From Selaginella moellendorffii (Eukaryota > Plantae > Lycopodiophyta), in contig NW_003314385.1 of NCBI RefSeq assembly GCF_000143415.4, forward strand, positions 215,296-279,295: a stretch of 64,000 nucleotides of DNA, read 5' to 3'. This document shows, piece by piece, positions 1 through 11,523 of the stretch. The notes beneath the pieces are model-generated. The model made no database searches. It was not told where the DNA came from and saw nothing but the letters and a program-made list of their open reading frames with translations. Position 1 is the stretch's first letter. Each line of letters begins with the position of its first letter. A program made the translations under genes and the position numbers.

Positions 1-984
1 CAGCCCGGAAACGCTGTGGTTCATCAGTCGAGAGCTCTCATGGAAGCCCGTGCTCACAACTATTCCTTGGCGCGCTCCAACTTTCGGCTGGCTGTCAAGG
101 CGGACTCACACGATGCAAAGTGCTGGCAGGCTTGGGCCTTGTTCGAGGCAAGCCAACGCAAGTTTCGAGAGATGAGGCAGCTCTTCTACCGTGCTTATCT
201 CGTCAACACCAACGATCTATACACTCTCCAGGTAGAACCAAAGTTTTTAGTTCCAAGGTTCCTTCTTATTTTCTTTCCATACAAAACAGGCATGGGCTCA
301 TCAAGAAGCGCTCATTGGCACCACCAAGTCCAAGAACCGGGCTAGAAAATTATACCAACGATGTGTGGAGATCTCTCCAGAGAATATTTATTCCTGGCAG
401 GTTTGTCACTAGATTTCTTTTCACTGGCTTCACGAGACTTTTGTTTTGGCCAGTCGTGGGGTCTTTTGGAGGAGAGATCGGGGAACCACCAAGGTGCTCG
501 AGTGCTCTACGAACAGGGGCTTCGGATCGATCCTTCAAGCGTTCCCTGTCTCCAAGTAAGTTAGTCGTGGCGATTTGTTTTTCCTCTTTTGCTCGAAAAC
601 CATGTCGTCACCATATCACAGGCATACGCTCGCCTGGAAAAAAGCCAGGGGAACATTGAGACTTCGAGAAAACTATTGCAAGCTGCTCGGAAAATTGATC
701 CTCACAATGCTCCATCGCTCATGGTCAGTAAAATCTATAGACTATTCTCCATCTCTCTGTTTTAACAAAGAAAACTGGCACTGACCCAGGAATCCGGCCT
801 GATCGAGCTTGAGCTCGGGAACAACGACGTCGCTCGCGAATTTTTCAAGCGCGCGCGGAAGATCGACAGGGAAAAGAGCCGTATCAAGAAGCGGATGTTC
901 ATCTCGCGCAAGACATCGAGGTTGCAAAGCCCGGGAACCACCGTCAAATTCGAAAATCTAAATCCGAGGCAAGCAACGGTCTAG
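1..984 (+). CDS. 3' part of a HAT/TPR-repeat protein (HCF107/Mbb1-like family); exons <1-231, 290-400, 454-555, 622-723, 790-984
   Basis: The spliced frame gives HAT-like repeats (WQAWALFE, LQAWAHQE, WQSWGLLEERSGN..GARVLYEQGLRIDP, LQAYARLEKSQGN). All introns are GT-AG and the TAG is at 982-984. Confidence 0.8.
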
Positions 985-1089
985 ATGGGCGTGCCGAGAC
1001 GGACGGTTCACAGTAAAAGAGCCTAGGATATACCCATAATTTGAATTGCTCTTAAGCCCTAAAGGGCGCGGAGAGGAGAGAGCTCGGCT

Positions 1090-2541
1090 ATGGCGCCGAC
1101 GGCCGACTACGATCTGTGGAAGAAGCACACGCCAGATCTCTACGATGTGATCATCACTCATGCTCTTGATTGGCCGGTGACGTCGGCGCAGTGGCTCCCT
1201 GATCATCAGAGGATCTTGCTTGGAATCAAGGCGCTGGATGATCCCGAAGATTGTCTGGAGAATTGCGTCCTCATCGTCAAGCTCGCTGTCCCAGCCGATC
1301 TTGACGCCGAGATCCCTGAGAACTGGGTAAGGCCCCCCTCCTCCTTCCTTTCATGTCTTTCTTGCGTTTCTTGATCTTTGTCCGATGAGGCTGAAATTCG
1401 ATGTGGAATGCCCCATCCTAGGTCCAGATGACTCAATGGATCAAGCACGAAGGCCAGGTCAATCGAGCTCGCTACATGCCGCAATGCCCAACCATCGTCG
1501 CCGCCAAGGGCGAGACGTCGCGAGTTTGCATCTTCGACACCACGAAGCACGAGAATTCCGGCGGCCTGCCGTCGCAAGTGATCGCCCAGACCCAGCCGGA
1601 GATGCTACTCGAGGGGCATACCAAAGGTGGCCATGGTTTATCCTGGAATCCCTTCGGATGTGGCATCCTCGCGAGTGGATCACGCGATGGTCTCGTTTGC
1701 GTGTGGGATGTGGGCGCCGCTGGATCATCGTCTCGTCCCATTATCACTTACCCGGTACGTAGACCTCATGAGGCAAAGATATTTGATGCTTGCTCATAGT
1801 TTTTTCCTCGTTTTTTTCTTAGCAAAACACTCCAGTGGGAGACCTTACCTGGACGTCAAAACACGAGAACGTCTTTAGCACCGGGGATGAAGCAGGCTGG
1901 ATGCGGACATGGGACTTGCGAGATCCTCTCAATCCAGTGGTTGCGGCGCGTGCTCACTTAGACCCATTGGAGTCACTGGCCTATCATCCTTATGACGAAT
2001 TCTGTCTCGCAACTGGTTCGTGCGATAACACTGCCCGGATCTTCGACATACGCGCGCTCTCCCAGCCTATGCACACGTTCGTCGGTCACAGGTAAGTGAT
2101 CTCTTTGGTCGAATAATGTTCCTCTCTTCGATCAATCCATTTTGATCTAGGGATACGGTTGTACGCGTCGACTGGAGTCCCAAATATCCGGGTGTGTTGG
2201 TTACGTCGTCAGAAGATCACAGGGTCATGCTTTGGAACGTGCAAAGGTGGCCTTTGTGAAAAACAGTAATCTATAGAGTAACTTTTTTGCTCGTCCTCGG
2301 TGAATCCAGGATTGGGGACGAACAGAGCGCCGAGGATGCCGAAGACGGACCACCCGAGCTCGTGTTCATCCACGGTGGACACTGGGACATAGTCCACGAC
2401 TTCTCCTGGGACGCCACCGCCAATCTCATCACCAGCGTCGGAGAAGATCAAACTGTTCAGATCTGGAGGACGGCAAAACACATCAAGCGCACTATGAAGG
2501 GCTCTTCGCCATCCAGGGTGGAGATCCCTTCCTCTCCATGA
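1090..2541 (+). CDS. MSI1/RBBP4 (CAF-1 p48)-like WD40 histone-binding protein, divergent but intact; exons 1090-1326, 1422-1754, 1823-2091, 2151-2246, 2310-2541
   Basis: Motifs [45 protein letters not shown] and [24 protein letters not shown]. Exons sum to 1167 nt in frame. Confidence 0.9.
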
Positions 2542-2864
2542 TCAGAGAACGAGCAACAGTCTCCTCGAGCTCTAAAACAGCGTCAACGTTGCAAGAGCAC
2601 GAAGGCACTGCTGCTGTCACTCGCTCTACTCCCAGCCTACCAGCTCAAGTATCATCCGATCTGTCACAAGGACGGCGGCCGTGTTTCCTTTTGTCATGGC
2701 AATCTCTTGAGCGGATCATGCCATGGTCTTGTGTGGTGAGATCTCGTCTCATTAACCATGTATAGCGCAATTTCTCGTCTTGATAAACTCTTATTTCTTC
2801 AAGCTCAAGTTGGAGAAGTTACTTAGTAGTAGAAAATCCGTATGAAGATTCTCTACCCGCGAAA

Positions 2865-4060
2865 ATTTAAATCCAATACAGGCAACGGTCTAGATGGGCT
2901 TCACAGTAAAGGACCTTAGGATATGCCTTTATTTGAAATCCTACGGAGTCACCAGAGGATCTTGCTTGGATCCAAGGCGCTGGATGATCCCCACGATTGT
3001 CTCGAGAATTGTGTCCTCGTCGTCAAGCTCGCTGTCCCAGCCGATCTTGACGCCGAGATCCATGAGAACTGGGTAAGGCCGCTTCTCTTGACCTCTAGAT
3101 CTTGTGAGTGTGTGGAATAGGTCCAGATGACTCAATGGATCAAGCATGAAGAAGGTCAGGTCAATCGAGCTCGCTACATGCCACAAACCCCTTCCATCGT
3201 CGCCACCAAGGGCGAAACGTCACGAGTTTGCATCTTCGACACCACTAAGCCCGAGAATTCCGGCGGCCTGCCGTCGCAAGTGATCTCCCAGGCACAACCG
3301 GAGATGCTACTCGAGGGGCACACCAAAGGCGACCGTGGTCTCCCTTCCGATGTGGCAACCTTGTGAGTGGATCACGCGATGGCCTCGTATGCGTGTGGGA
3401 TGTGAGCGCTGGTAGATCTCGTTTTACACGGTACGTCTGGAAAAGATTTTATCCTTGCTCACAGTTCTTCTTCGATGGAAGCAGCACAAAACTCCAGTGC
3501 GAGAAGCTACCTGGGCGGCGAAACACGAGAACATCTTTAGTACCGCGGACGAAGCAGGCTGGATGCGTACGTGGGACTTACGAGATCCTTTCAATCCAGT
3601 GGTTGCGGTGCGTGCTCACCTAGACCCATTGGAGTCACTGGCCTATCATCCTTATGATGAATTTTGTCTTGCAACTAGTTCGTGCGATAACACCGCGGTT
3701 GTACGCGTCGACTGGAGTCCCAACCATCCAAGTGTCTTGGTTACGTCGGCAGAAGATCACAGGCTCATGCTTTGGGACGTGAAAAGGTGGTCTTGTGAAA
3801 AAGTATAGTTTAACATTAACTTGGCCTCCGTGAATGCAGGATTGGAGAAGAACAGAGCGCCGAGGATGCTGAAGACGGACCACCTGAGCTCCTTTTCATC
3901 CACGGTGGACACTGGGACATAGTCCACGACTTCTCCTGGGACGCCACCACCAATCTCATCACCAGTGTCGGAGAAGACCACACTGTCCAGATCTGGAGGA
4001 TGGCAGAACATATTGAGTGCACTATCAGGGACTCCTCCATTGCTTCCCCTTCGGGATGTA
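2865..4060 (+). pseudogene. Tandem MSI1-like pseudogene (copy 2)
   Basis: Close DNA similarity to 960-2540, but the 5' coding start is deleted, there are frameshifts/deletions near 3330-3420, and the exon 3/4 junction is deleted near 3695. Confidence 0.85.
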
Positions 4061-4619
4061 ATCATGGAGAGCAGGGGTCTCCATGATCACAAACGAGCAA
4101 TAGAGATGTTACTATGCCTCTCCTTCAATCATCGCCATCATGTCCGAACTGTTGCAAAGACACTAGCAAGCACGAGGATCAGCACAAAGTATACTCGGAT
4201 CCAGTGTTGTTCAAGGGACACAAGGATTGCATTTATCATGGCAATCTCTTGAGTGGATCATGCCATGGTCTCTCGTGTGTTTGTGGGATGTGAGTAGTCG
4301 TCCCATATTAACATGCCCACAGTACGTCGCAATTGTATAGCGCAATTTCTCGTCTTGTAAACCAGTTTAGTTCGAAGGTCCAAACATGAGCACGTTCCAA
4401 GATCTACAAATTTACCATAAACTGCCTGAAAATTTTAAACTTCACAGCCTCACACCCCAAAGATCTCCCTTGAGTTCTCAGAGAAGAGGTGTCATTGTTC
4501 CGACTCTCGGGACATCATTCTCTTGCAAATTGTTTCACTTTTAGCTCACAAACTCTAAGCCATGACACTTATTCCTTGAATTCGTTGATGAATTCCACCT
4601 TTACCGAATAAATTCCATG

Positions 4620-4870
4620 AGTGCTAGGATTTTTGTGTTAAAAGTCAAAAGATTTTGAGAGTGAATGATGTCCTGGGAGATGGAACGATGGTGCCTCTTC
4701 TTTAACCAACTTCTTTTGTTCGTTTTTTCATCAAGAGTTAAATTAATAACCTGGAGAGTGTATAGACGAGTGCCAGGAGCACACCAGGGGGCTTCCATGA
4801 GAGCTCTCTGATGGACCACAATGTTTCTGGCTGAATGGCTGCCGCTCTTTGCAAAGCTCTCGTGCCTGAC
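4620..4870 (-). pseudogene. Inverted, internally deleted fragment of the HAT/TPR gene
   Basis: The minus strand reads GTGGTCCATCAGAGAGCTCTCATGGAAGCCC...TATACACTCTCCAGGT, matching positions 16-50 and 218-233. Confidence 0.7.
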
Positions 4871-5414
4871 TCAAGTTTTCAACTTTGTCTTCCACATGTG
4901 CAAGCAGTAAACTATGGCTAGCTCAGTAAAGGAAAACTAAGAACACCAGTGCCTACCTTTTAGCCACGAATATGGATTCCTTCCAAGCTTTTAACGATTT
5001 GGAAGCTCTGGCTCCAGAGAAGTCCCATCCTTGCAGTGTAAGCACGTAGTAGTTGAGGTTTCCAGTTTCTTCGAAGATTACAGCACGAGAGAACAAGATG
5101 CCGCCGCAACCAGCATGAAAAGAGTAAAAAACACAAACCTTTTCTCGCTTCATACTCTACCCAAGGTGCGTAAAATTTCGCTCATGCTATTGATCTCTTG
5201 TTTTAACAGAAAAAAAACTGATGTTCATCTCCCACAAGACATCAAGGTCTGGGAAAATTCGTGTTTTGGCAATGTCTTTTTAGCCATCTGACCCAATCCA
5301 CACCCTTGGTGGTGTTGATGGGATAGTCATTCCAGTCATCAACTGGTTCTTATCGTAATGATTTATATAATATACACTAGTCTCCATGAAGTTAATTTCA
5401 GCTCCGTCACTGCC

Positions 5415-5755
5415 AGTCAACAGTCTAGAGACAGACGGTTCACAGTAAAGGAGCCTAGCATATGCCATAATTTAAATTAAGCTTGTGGAGGAGAGAGAGC
5501 TCAGCTATGGCAATGGCGGATTACGATGTGTGGAAGAAGCACATGCTAGTCTCTACGATGTGTCATTACTCATGCTCAATTGGCCACTGGCGAATGGGCT
5601 CCTGATCATAATAACATTGCCTGGATCTTTGACATACAGACCTCCAGTGCATACATTGTTGGTACTCTTATCATAACTTGATCAATCCATTTCATCCATG
5701 GTACATAGTCTGACTTCTCTTATGACACCACCACCAATCTCATCACCAGCATTAG
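5415..5755 (+). pseudogene. Collapsed MSI1-like remnant (copy 3: promoter, 5' exon and pieces of the 3' exons)
   Basis: GACGGTTCACAGTAAAGGAGCCTAG...GATTACGATGTGTGGAAGAAGCAC and CCACCAATCTCATCACCAGC match copy 1. Confidence 0.75.
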
Positions 5756-6654
5756 TCTCTGTGCTCTTGTAACATTAGATGGCAGCTGTTTAGTAACATC
5801 TTGCTCTCCATAATTCAATGTCAAAGAAGTAGTGGAGGAGTTTTTTGCTGCCCCGATGATGTATTCCACTAGACTCTAGTCAAATCTAGTGCTAGGTGAA
5901 GAGATTGATAGATCTGTCCACTTTGAATTCAGTTTCCACTATAGAAGACCCTTAATCAATTAAAAAACAATCTAGTCAACCAAAAAGTAAAGACTTTTTT
6001 ACTTTTAATACCCTTAATCATTAAAAAAAATGCCCATATCTTTAAACCTTAATGAATCTCTTTCAATATAATTCACTAACAGATTGATGATGGTGCCCAG
6101 ATCTGTCCAGATCTAGAGGATGGTACATATTCAAGAGCAATAGAGACTCCACTGGGACATCATACAAGACAAGGATTTACACTATATATGATACACTGTT
6201 AATGTGACTACCCACATCCTATTAATACACCCCACAGTTTGACAAACACAATGCTTCATGTGATGATTCATAATATGGTGATGATTGAAGAATAGGCATC
6301 TAGCACATGTGACAATGCTTCTGTACTCTTGCAACATAATGACAATTATTTAGTAGCATCTCTTTGTTACTAATTTGTGATCATGGAGTGCTCTCCATGA
6401 TTGAATGCTGAAGAGGGAGCAGTAGTAATTTCTTCCACTAGAGCTAATTTAATTCTTCAAGATCTAGACATGTTACCTGGACAGCTAAACACAAGTATGT
6501 CTTCAGCCTTGGAGGAGTTATGTTCCAGACATACTTGCAAAAAGTGTAAAATTTCCTTCTACTAAAATTTAAATATTGACAACTCCCTTCTCAATCTTTT
6601 CACTTTTTGAATTCCAAGCCACTCTTGGAATTCTTTGACCAATTCCTAGAGTTT

Positions 6655-7276
6655 GCGTGTGTCAAATATTCTTAGAATTAGTCTATATCATGAAGCTTCT
6701 AACCCCTTGAATAGGCTCTTTTTGTTAAGATTCTATCCCTTACACCCTAAAGCAAATCTTCCCCTCACTATCCATGATCATACTTAGGCCACCCTTCAAA
6801 TCCATTATGCCATACTTCTTTTAGGGTTTACTAAATTTTATTTCTCCCTCTAGATCCACCATGTTAAATATTCTTTCAAAATATTCTTGCCTCACTCACT
6901 AACCACTAGAATTGAAATAATCTTAGGATCTTATCCCTTACACTATATGAATTGTAGAGCCCTTTTTTATTCTATTATCCTAACCTCATGCTTAGGGAAT
7001 GATAATCCAAATCATTCTTAATCCACCTCCACTATCCTTTTAGGATTTACCAAACTTCAGTTTTCTTTATAAATCCACTATGTCAAATATTCTTTTAAAA
7101 TATTCTTGAACCAAGCTATGATACCAATGTTATGATTGTGCTTAAGTATGATCATGGATGATCATTCCCTAGGCATGTTAAGCACCAAATCAGTATAATA
7201 GGATAAAAAAAGGCTCTATAATCAATTAATCCCTTTTAACTAGTTGGGATAAGGTGTAAAGGATAATATCCTAACA
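6655..7276 (-). mobile_element. Decayed tandem array of a small TRIM (about 150 bp LTR, about 100 bp internal region)
   Basis: The internal unit repeats at about 6820-6890 and 7038-7108. LTR 7128-7276 has TGTTA...TAACA ends next to a PBS-like TTGGTATCATAGC (minus strand). LTR-like copies at about 6724 and 6922. Confidence 0.55.
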
Positions 7277-8659
7277 TAATGATATGCTTGGATTATTAGC
7301 AGCATGAAAGATGCCAAATTGGCAACCAGCCATTCCCAATTCAACTAGGCTTGCAAGTGTAAGACAAAGTATAATAAGTCAAACCAAATATATTTGGCTT
7401 TAATACTGAATTACTTTTATAGTTAGCACTTTCTAGACCCACATCAACACTATAACATTTCTTAAAGGAGAAAATGGATTTGAAGAAGAGGGACTTTAAT
7501 TATGAAATTTCAGATGGACTAATCTCTCAAGCTCAAGTCTTGGGAGCTTATTGATGTGGCAACAAACAACCTGCAAGCATGTTAAGAAAATTACATAGGA
7601 AACTTGCTGTACATTGATCGTGCAAATGCCTGGAACTGAGGAGATGAGGAAGACTAAACGTTGTGCAAAAAAAAACGCTCAGAATCTGAAAATGGAACTT
7701 CTTGCAACTATTGCACATAAAAATAAAAGAGTTAATAATTGATTCCTCCCATAGAATAGCCACCTTAGTATCTTATTCTTGATCAATATCCCAGTGAGCC
7801 AAGAATAGTATCCCAACGACCAAAGGAGCAAGACCAGGACTCTCTCTATGGAGACTTTATTATGAAAAGCCTCTCCAGCAGATCGATGCTCTAGCATGTG
7901 GATAAAATTTATAAAGGTGTCATTTTAAAGTCTTAGTTTGCTTTTCTTTTCTAGAGGCAATGCAAGGACTTGATATTCAGCAATTTTCAAGTGATCTCTT
8001 CATGGTTTCTATCCTGCTGTGGAATGTGGATGCTTGATAGTGAGCAATTCCACAATATGTGATCATTCCATTGTACAATATCAATAGGCTTTGATTATAG
8101 ATTCATAATTAATGTTGGGAGGTTATTTTGCTAGGAATTTCATAACATGTAAAGATTATGACATGCAAAATAATTGTATGACACATAAAGATTATGATAT
8201 GTTTGGTAATTGCATAACATGTAAAAGAAATTAATCTCTCAAGCTCTATGATGGTATTTTGTCTAAAATATACAGGCAATTTGTGTTTATCAATCTCTAG
8301 AACATGAGATATATTGAGAGGACAAACTTCACCTAGAACAAATGCCAATGAGTGAATGCTTGCAAGAATGTAGAAAACAACCTAAATAATAATTCATTCA
8401 TTCATCCATATACTGTTTATTAGAAGGTCTTACAGCAGCCCTAAGAAGCATGAGACTGATGGGTTCAAATATACTGTAGTGACAATTGCTATGGCTGTTT
8501 ATCATCCAATCTCATTAACATCTATATCATCCACCTCAGCACTTGTGGTTGGCCTTAGTCCATGTGCTTCAGTTGGCATGGCCATATTCTATCACAGATG
8601 AATACAAACACTGGAGTGCCATCATTTCCTCGCCCCCCTCTACAGCTGTAGTAATTGTT

Positions 8660-8890
8660 AAACACGATAATAGAATAAGAAAAGGTGCAATTAAGTGACC
8701 ACTTCTTTAGCCAGTTAATTTAAGGTGTAAAGGATAAAATACTAACATTGTCATTAAGCTTAGTTAGATTCTAATGGCAAACCAGTAAGAATATTTTGAA
8801 GGGATAAAAGGAGGGGATCTAAAGGGAGAACTAAAGTTTAATAAACCCTAAGAGATGATTATCTATATAGGGGAGAATTGTTAGACACCA
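8660..8890 (+). mobile_element. Further decayed copy of the same small TRIM
   Basis: LTR end AAGGTGTAAAGGATAAAATACTAACA, then an internal region that is the reverse complement of 6820-6890, a purine tract AGGGAGAAT and TGTTAG. Confidence 0.45.
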
Positions 8891-9099
8891 GCTCAAGATA
8901 ATAAAATAGGAAAGGCCTTGAAATCAAATGATCACCCATAGGATCCTAACAGTATTGGCAATGAGGTAAAACACAAATTGGAAGTATGAAACTTTAACAA
9001 TGCCCTCAGGAATTATGTAGTCCGTAAGAATGTAGGCATGTGCTAACACTGATTCATTGTTCATGAGCTCCCATCATGTGGATCAACCAGCGTGTCCAA

Positions 9100-9310
9100 G
9101 AAGCTGAGAGACCATCCGAAAGGATCCTTTTCATTCCACAAAAATTGTCATAGCCCACAATTTCTCCTTACCAACAATCTTATCACCAGTGTCAGAGAAG
9201 ACAGCTCACTATCCAGGTCTGGAGGATGGCCAAACACATCACGGCCAACTTCGTTGCTGCCATTTCTTCGGCATCCAACTGATACGGCTCTCTATGTTCA
9301 GAGAACGAGG
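9100..9310 (+). pseudogene. MSI1-like last-exon remnant overlapping the PPR stop region
   Basis: CAATCTTATCACCAGTGTCAGAGAAGAC...GGTCTGGAGGATGGCCAAACACATCA matches 2421-2485. Confidence 0.7.
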
Positions 9311-11434
9311 ATTTGTGGCATAGATGTTAGACAGAAGAATGTATGGAGCTGCCGTCTCCTCGAGCTCTAAAAAGTTGTCCATGATGCTGGCTCCGAGCTG
9401 AACGTCGCCATGGAGGTTGCAAGAACCCAGCAGTGACGTCCAGGCGGCGGAGTTTGGTAGGCACGGCATGCTTCGTATCAGCATCTCGGCTTGCACTAGC
9501 AGCCCGGCTCGTCCCAGACAATCGGCAATGCAGCAGAAGTGTTCCACCTCTGGGACCAGCCCGTGATCCTGCTGCATTGAAATGAAGCAGTCCCTCCCTC
9601 CATCAACGTAGCCTTCGTAGCTGCAAGCGGCAAGAACTATCTGCAACGTTGCTTCATCCGGAGTCGGGCAGCTCTCCAAGTTCATCACGTGAAAAATCTC
9701 GAGCGCCTGACGGCAGTGTCCATCTTGTGCGTAAGCTTGGATCATCAAGTTCCACAACAGCAAACTCTTCGTTGGACACCTGTTGAATAGATCTCTAGCG
9801 TGCTCCATCTTTCCGGCTTGGGCGTAAGACGTTACCATGACTGACCACGTAACCGCGTTCTTCTCGTTCGGGAAACCATCGAATATGTCTCTAGCCATAG
9901 TCAGCTGACCGTGGTAAGCATACACGGCCATCATGATCGTCCACGAGATCACTGTTTGCTCCGGCGAGTTGTCGAACATAAACTTGGCTTCCGCAAGTGA
10001 TGATCCTCCGAATCCATAGGCCGCGGACATGGTGTTCCACGACACGCTCGTATGCTGCGCCATCCTCTTGAAAACCACCTTTGCTAGCTCCAAGTCTCCA
10101 ACGTTTGTGTAGGCGTTCATGAGCGAGTTCCAAGAGATGAAGTCCCTCAGCGCCATCGCGTCAAAAAGCTTTTTTGCGTCACCAATCTGATCTTCCACCG
10201 CGTAGGCAGCCAGCATGGCATTCATGGAAACAATGTCCGGGTGTTCCATGCGATCAAAGAGAAGCTTTGCTTGCTCCAAGTTCCCAACCTGTGCATACGA
10301 AGAGATTATAAAGTTGTAAGAAACGACATGAAAATGCGGCATTTTCTCAAAGACTTGCCTGGCCTCAACCAGCTTCTCGTTGAAAACATAGGCCTGGATG
10401 AGCGCGTTCCAGGAGCTTGCGTTCCTGTTTGGCATCCTTTTGAAAAAAGAAGCCGAGTGGCTTATCTTTCCTGGAAGAGAGACGATCATTGCGTTCCAAG
10501 TCACAGTATTCCGAACCTCGGCCTTTTCAAACAGCTCCAGCGCTCGCTGGAGATCGCCACACTCGGCATACCCGGTGATCATCACGTTCCAAGTCACCAC
10601 AGACTTCTCACGCATCCGCTCGAACAAGTCCCTGGCCTCCTCGAGAAGCTTGTTACAAGCGCACCCCTGGATCATCGCATTCCACGAGACACTATCTCTG
10701 TGAGGAATGGAATGGAACACTCGCCTGGCCTCCTGCAAGTCTCCGTTTTCCGCAAAGGCCGCGACCAGGGTGTTGTGAGACGCAGCATCACGCGAAGGCA
10801 TCCTCTCAAAGACTTGCTTCGCCTCTCCAAGATTCCCACTGTGTGCGTAAGCTTGAATGAGAGCGTTCCACGAGACGACGGTGCGCTGCGGCATAGATTC
10901 AAACAGGCCGCGAGACTCCGTGTAATCCCCCTTGTGGGCATTTGCAGAAATCAAAGGAGTCCAAGCAACTGGGTCGTGCTCCGGCATCTTTCTCAGCACC
11001 GCGGTCGCTTCTACAAGAAAGGATTTGTTGGCGTACTCCTGTACCATGACTGTCCACACAACAACGTCCCTTTGTGGCATCCTGATGAAAACACTCCAGG
11101 CTTCCTCAAGATGCCCATTGAGGGCATACGCTTTGATGAGAATCGTCCACGAGAAGAGATTGGGGTCCTTGATCTGATGGAAGACCAAGACCGCATTACC
11201 CACACTGCCACACTTGCCATACATCTCCACCAGGAGATGCGCCAGGTATCGCTTTGGATCCCCGCCGATGAGCGCATGGGCACGCTTCCCCTGGAACAAA
11301 TCCCTGGAATTCCCGGCCGCTTTCACCAGGCGCGCGAGATTTGCCTCGCCTGTGCCATCGAGCGCAGCAGCATTGGAAGAAGAAGAGCAAAACTGGCGCC
11401 ACAGAAGGAGCCAAGAGGATGGCCGACGTGGCAT
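9239..11434 (-). CDS. Intronless PLS-class PPR protein with E domain and no DYW (organellar RNA-editing factor type)
   Basis: 731-aa ORF of S-type PPR repeats (VVSWNALIQAYA..G...A..VF..M) with a C-terminal E motif (HFCCIADCLGRAG..AE..I.SMP..P....W.SLL..C..H; PYILLSNIY). Confidence 0.95.
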   Translation of the reverse strand: MPRRPSSWLLLWRQFCSSSSNAAALDGTGEANLARLVKAAGNSRDLFQGKRAHALIGGDPKRYLAHLLVEMYGKCGSVGNAVLVFHQIKDPNLFSWTILIKAYALNGHLEEAWSVFIRMPQRDVVVWTVMVQEYANKSFLVEATAVLRKMPEHDPVAWTPLISANAHKGDYTESRGLFESMPQRTVVSWNALIQAYAHSGNLGEAKQVFERMPSRDAASHNTLVAAFAENGDLQEARRVFHSIPHRDSVSWNAMIQGCACNKLLEEARDLFERMREKSVVTWNVMITGYAECGDLQRALELFEKAEVRNTVTWNAMIVSLPGKISHSASFFKRMPNRNASSWNALIQAYVFNEKLVEARQVFEKMPHFHVVSYNFIISSYAQVGNLEQAKLLFDRMEHPDIVSMNAMLAAYAVEDQIGDAKKLFDAMALRDFISWNSLMNAYTNVGDLELAKVVFKRMAQHTSVSWNTMSAAYGFGGSSLAEAKFMFDNSPEQTVISWTIMMAVYAYHGQLTMARDIFDGFPNEKNAVTWSVMVTSYAQAGKMEHARDLFNRCPTKSLLLWNLMIQAYAQDGHCRQALEIFHVMNLESCPTPDEATLQIVLAACSYEGYVDGGRDCFISMQQDHGLVPEVEHFCCIADCLGRAGLLVQAEMLIRSMPCLPNSAAWTSLLGSCNLHGDVQLGASIMDNFLELEETAAPYILLSNIYATNPRSLNIESRISWMPKKWQQRSWP

Positions 11435-11523
11435 AAACCATTAAGAAATCCAGGCCGTAGATCAAAGCTAAGCTCATGGGATTCTTCTAGGGTTAGAGAG
11501 GGCTTTGTTTGGAGCTACTGGCG

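Noticed and set aside
1-984. HCF107-like gene as part of the PSII cluster
   Set aside because: It is 50 kb away with unrelated genes in between, and orthology to HCF107 cannot be established from a partial sequence.
4930-5400. Exon-like minus-strand fragments (HAGCGGILFSRAVIFEETG; QLMTGMTIPSTPPRVWIGSDG)
   Set aside because: Looks like a gene remnant, but I cannot assign a family or a consistent splice model.
7470-8400. Possible decayed coding sequence
   Set aside because: Only short ORFs and no identifiable motif.
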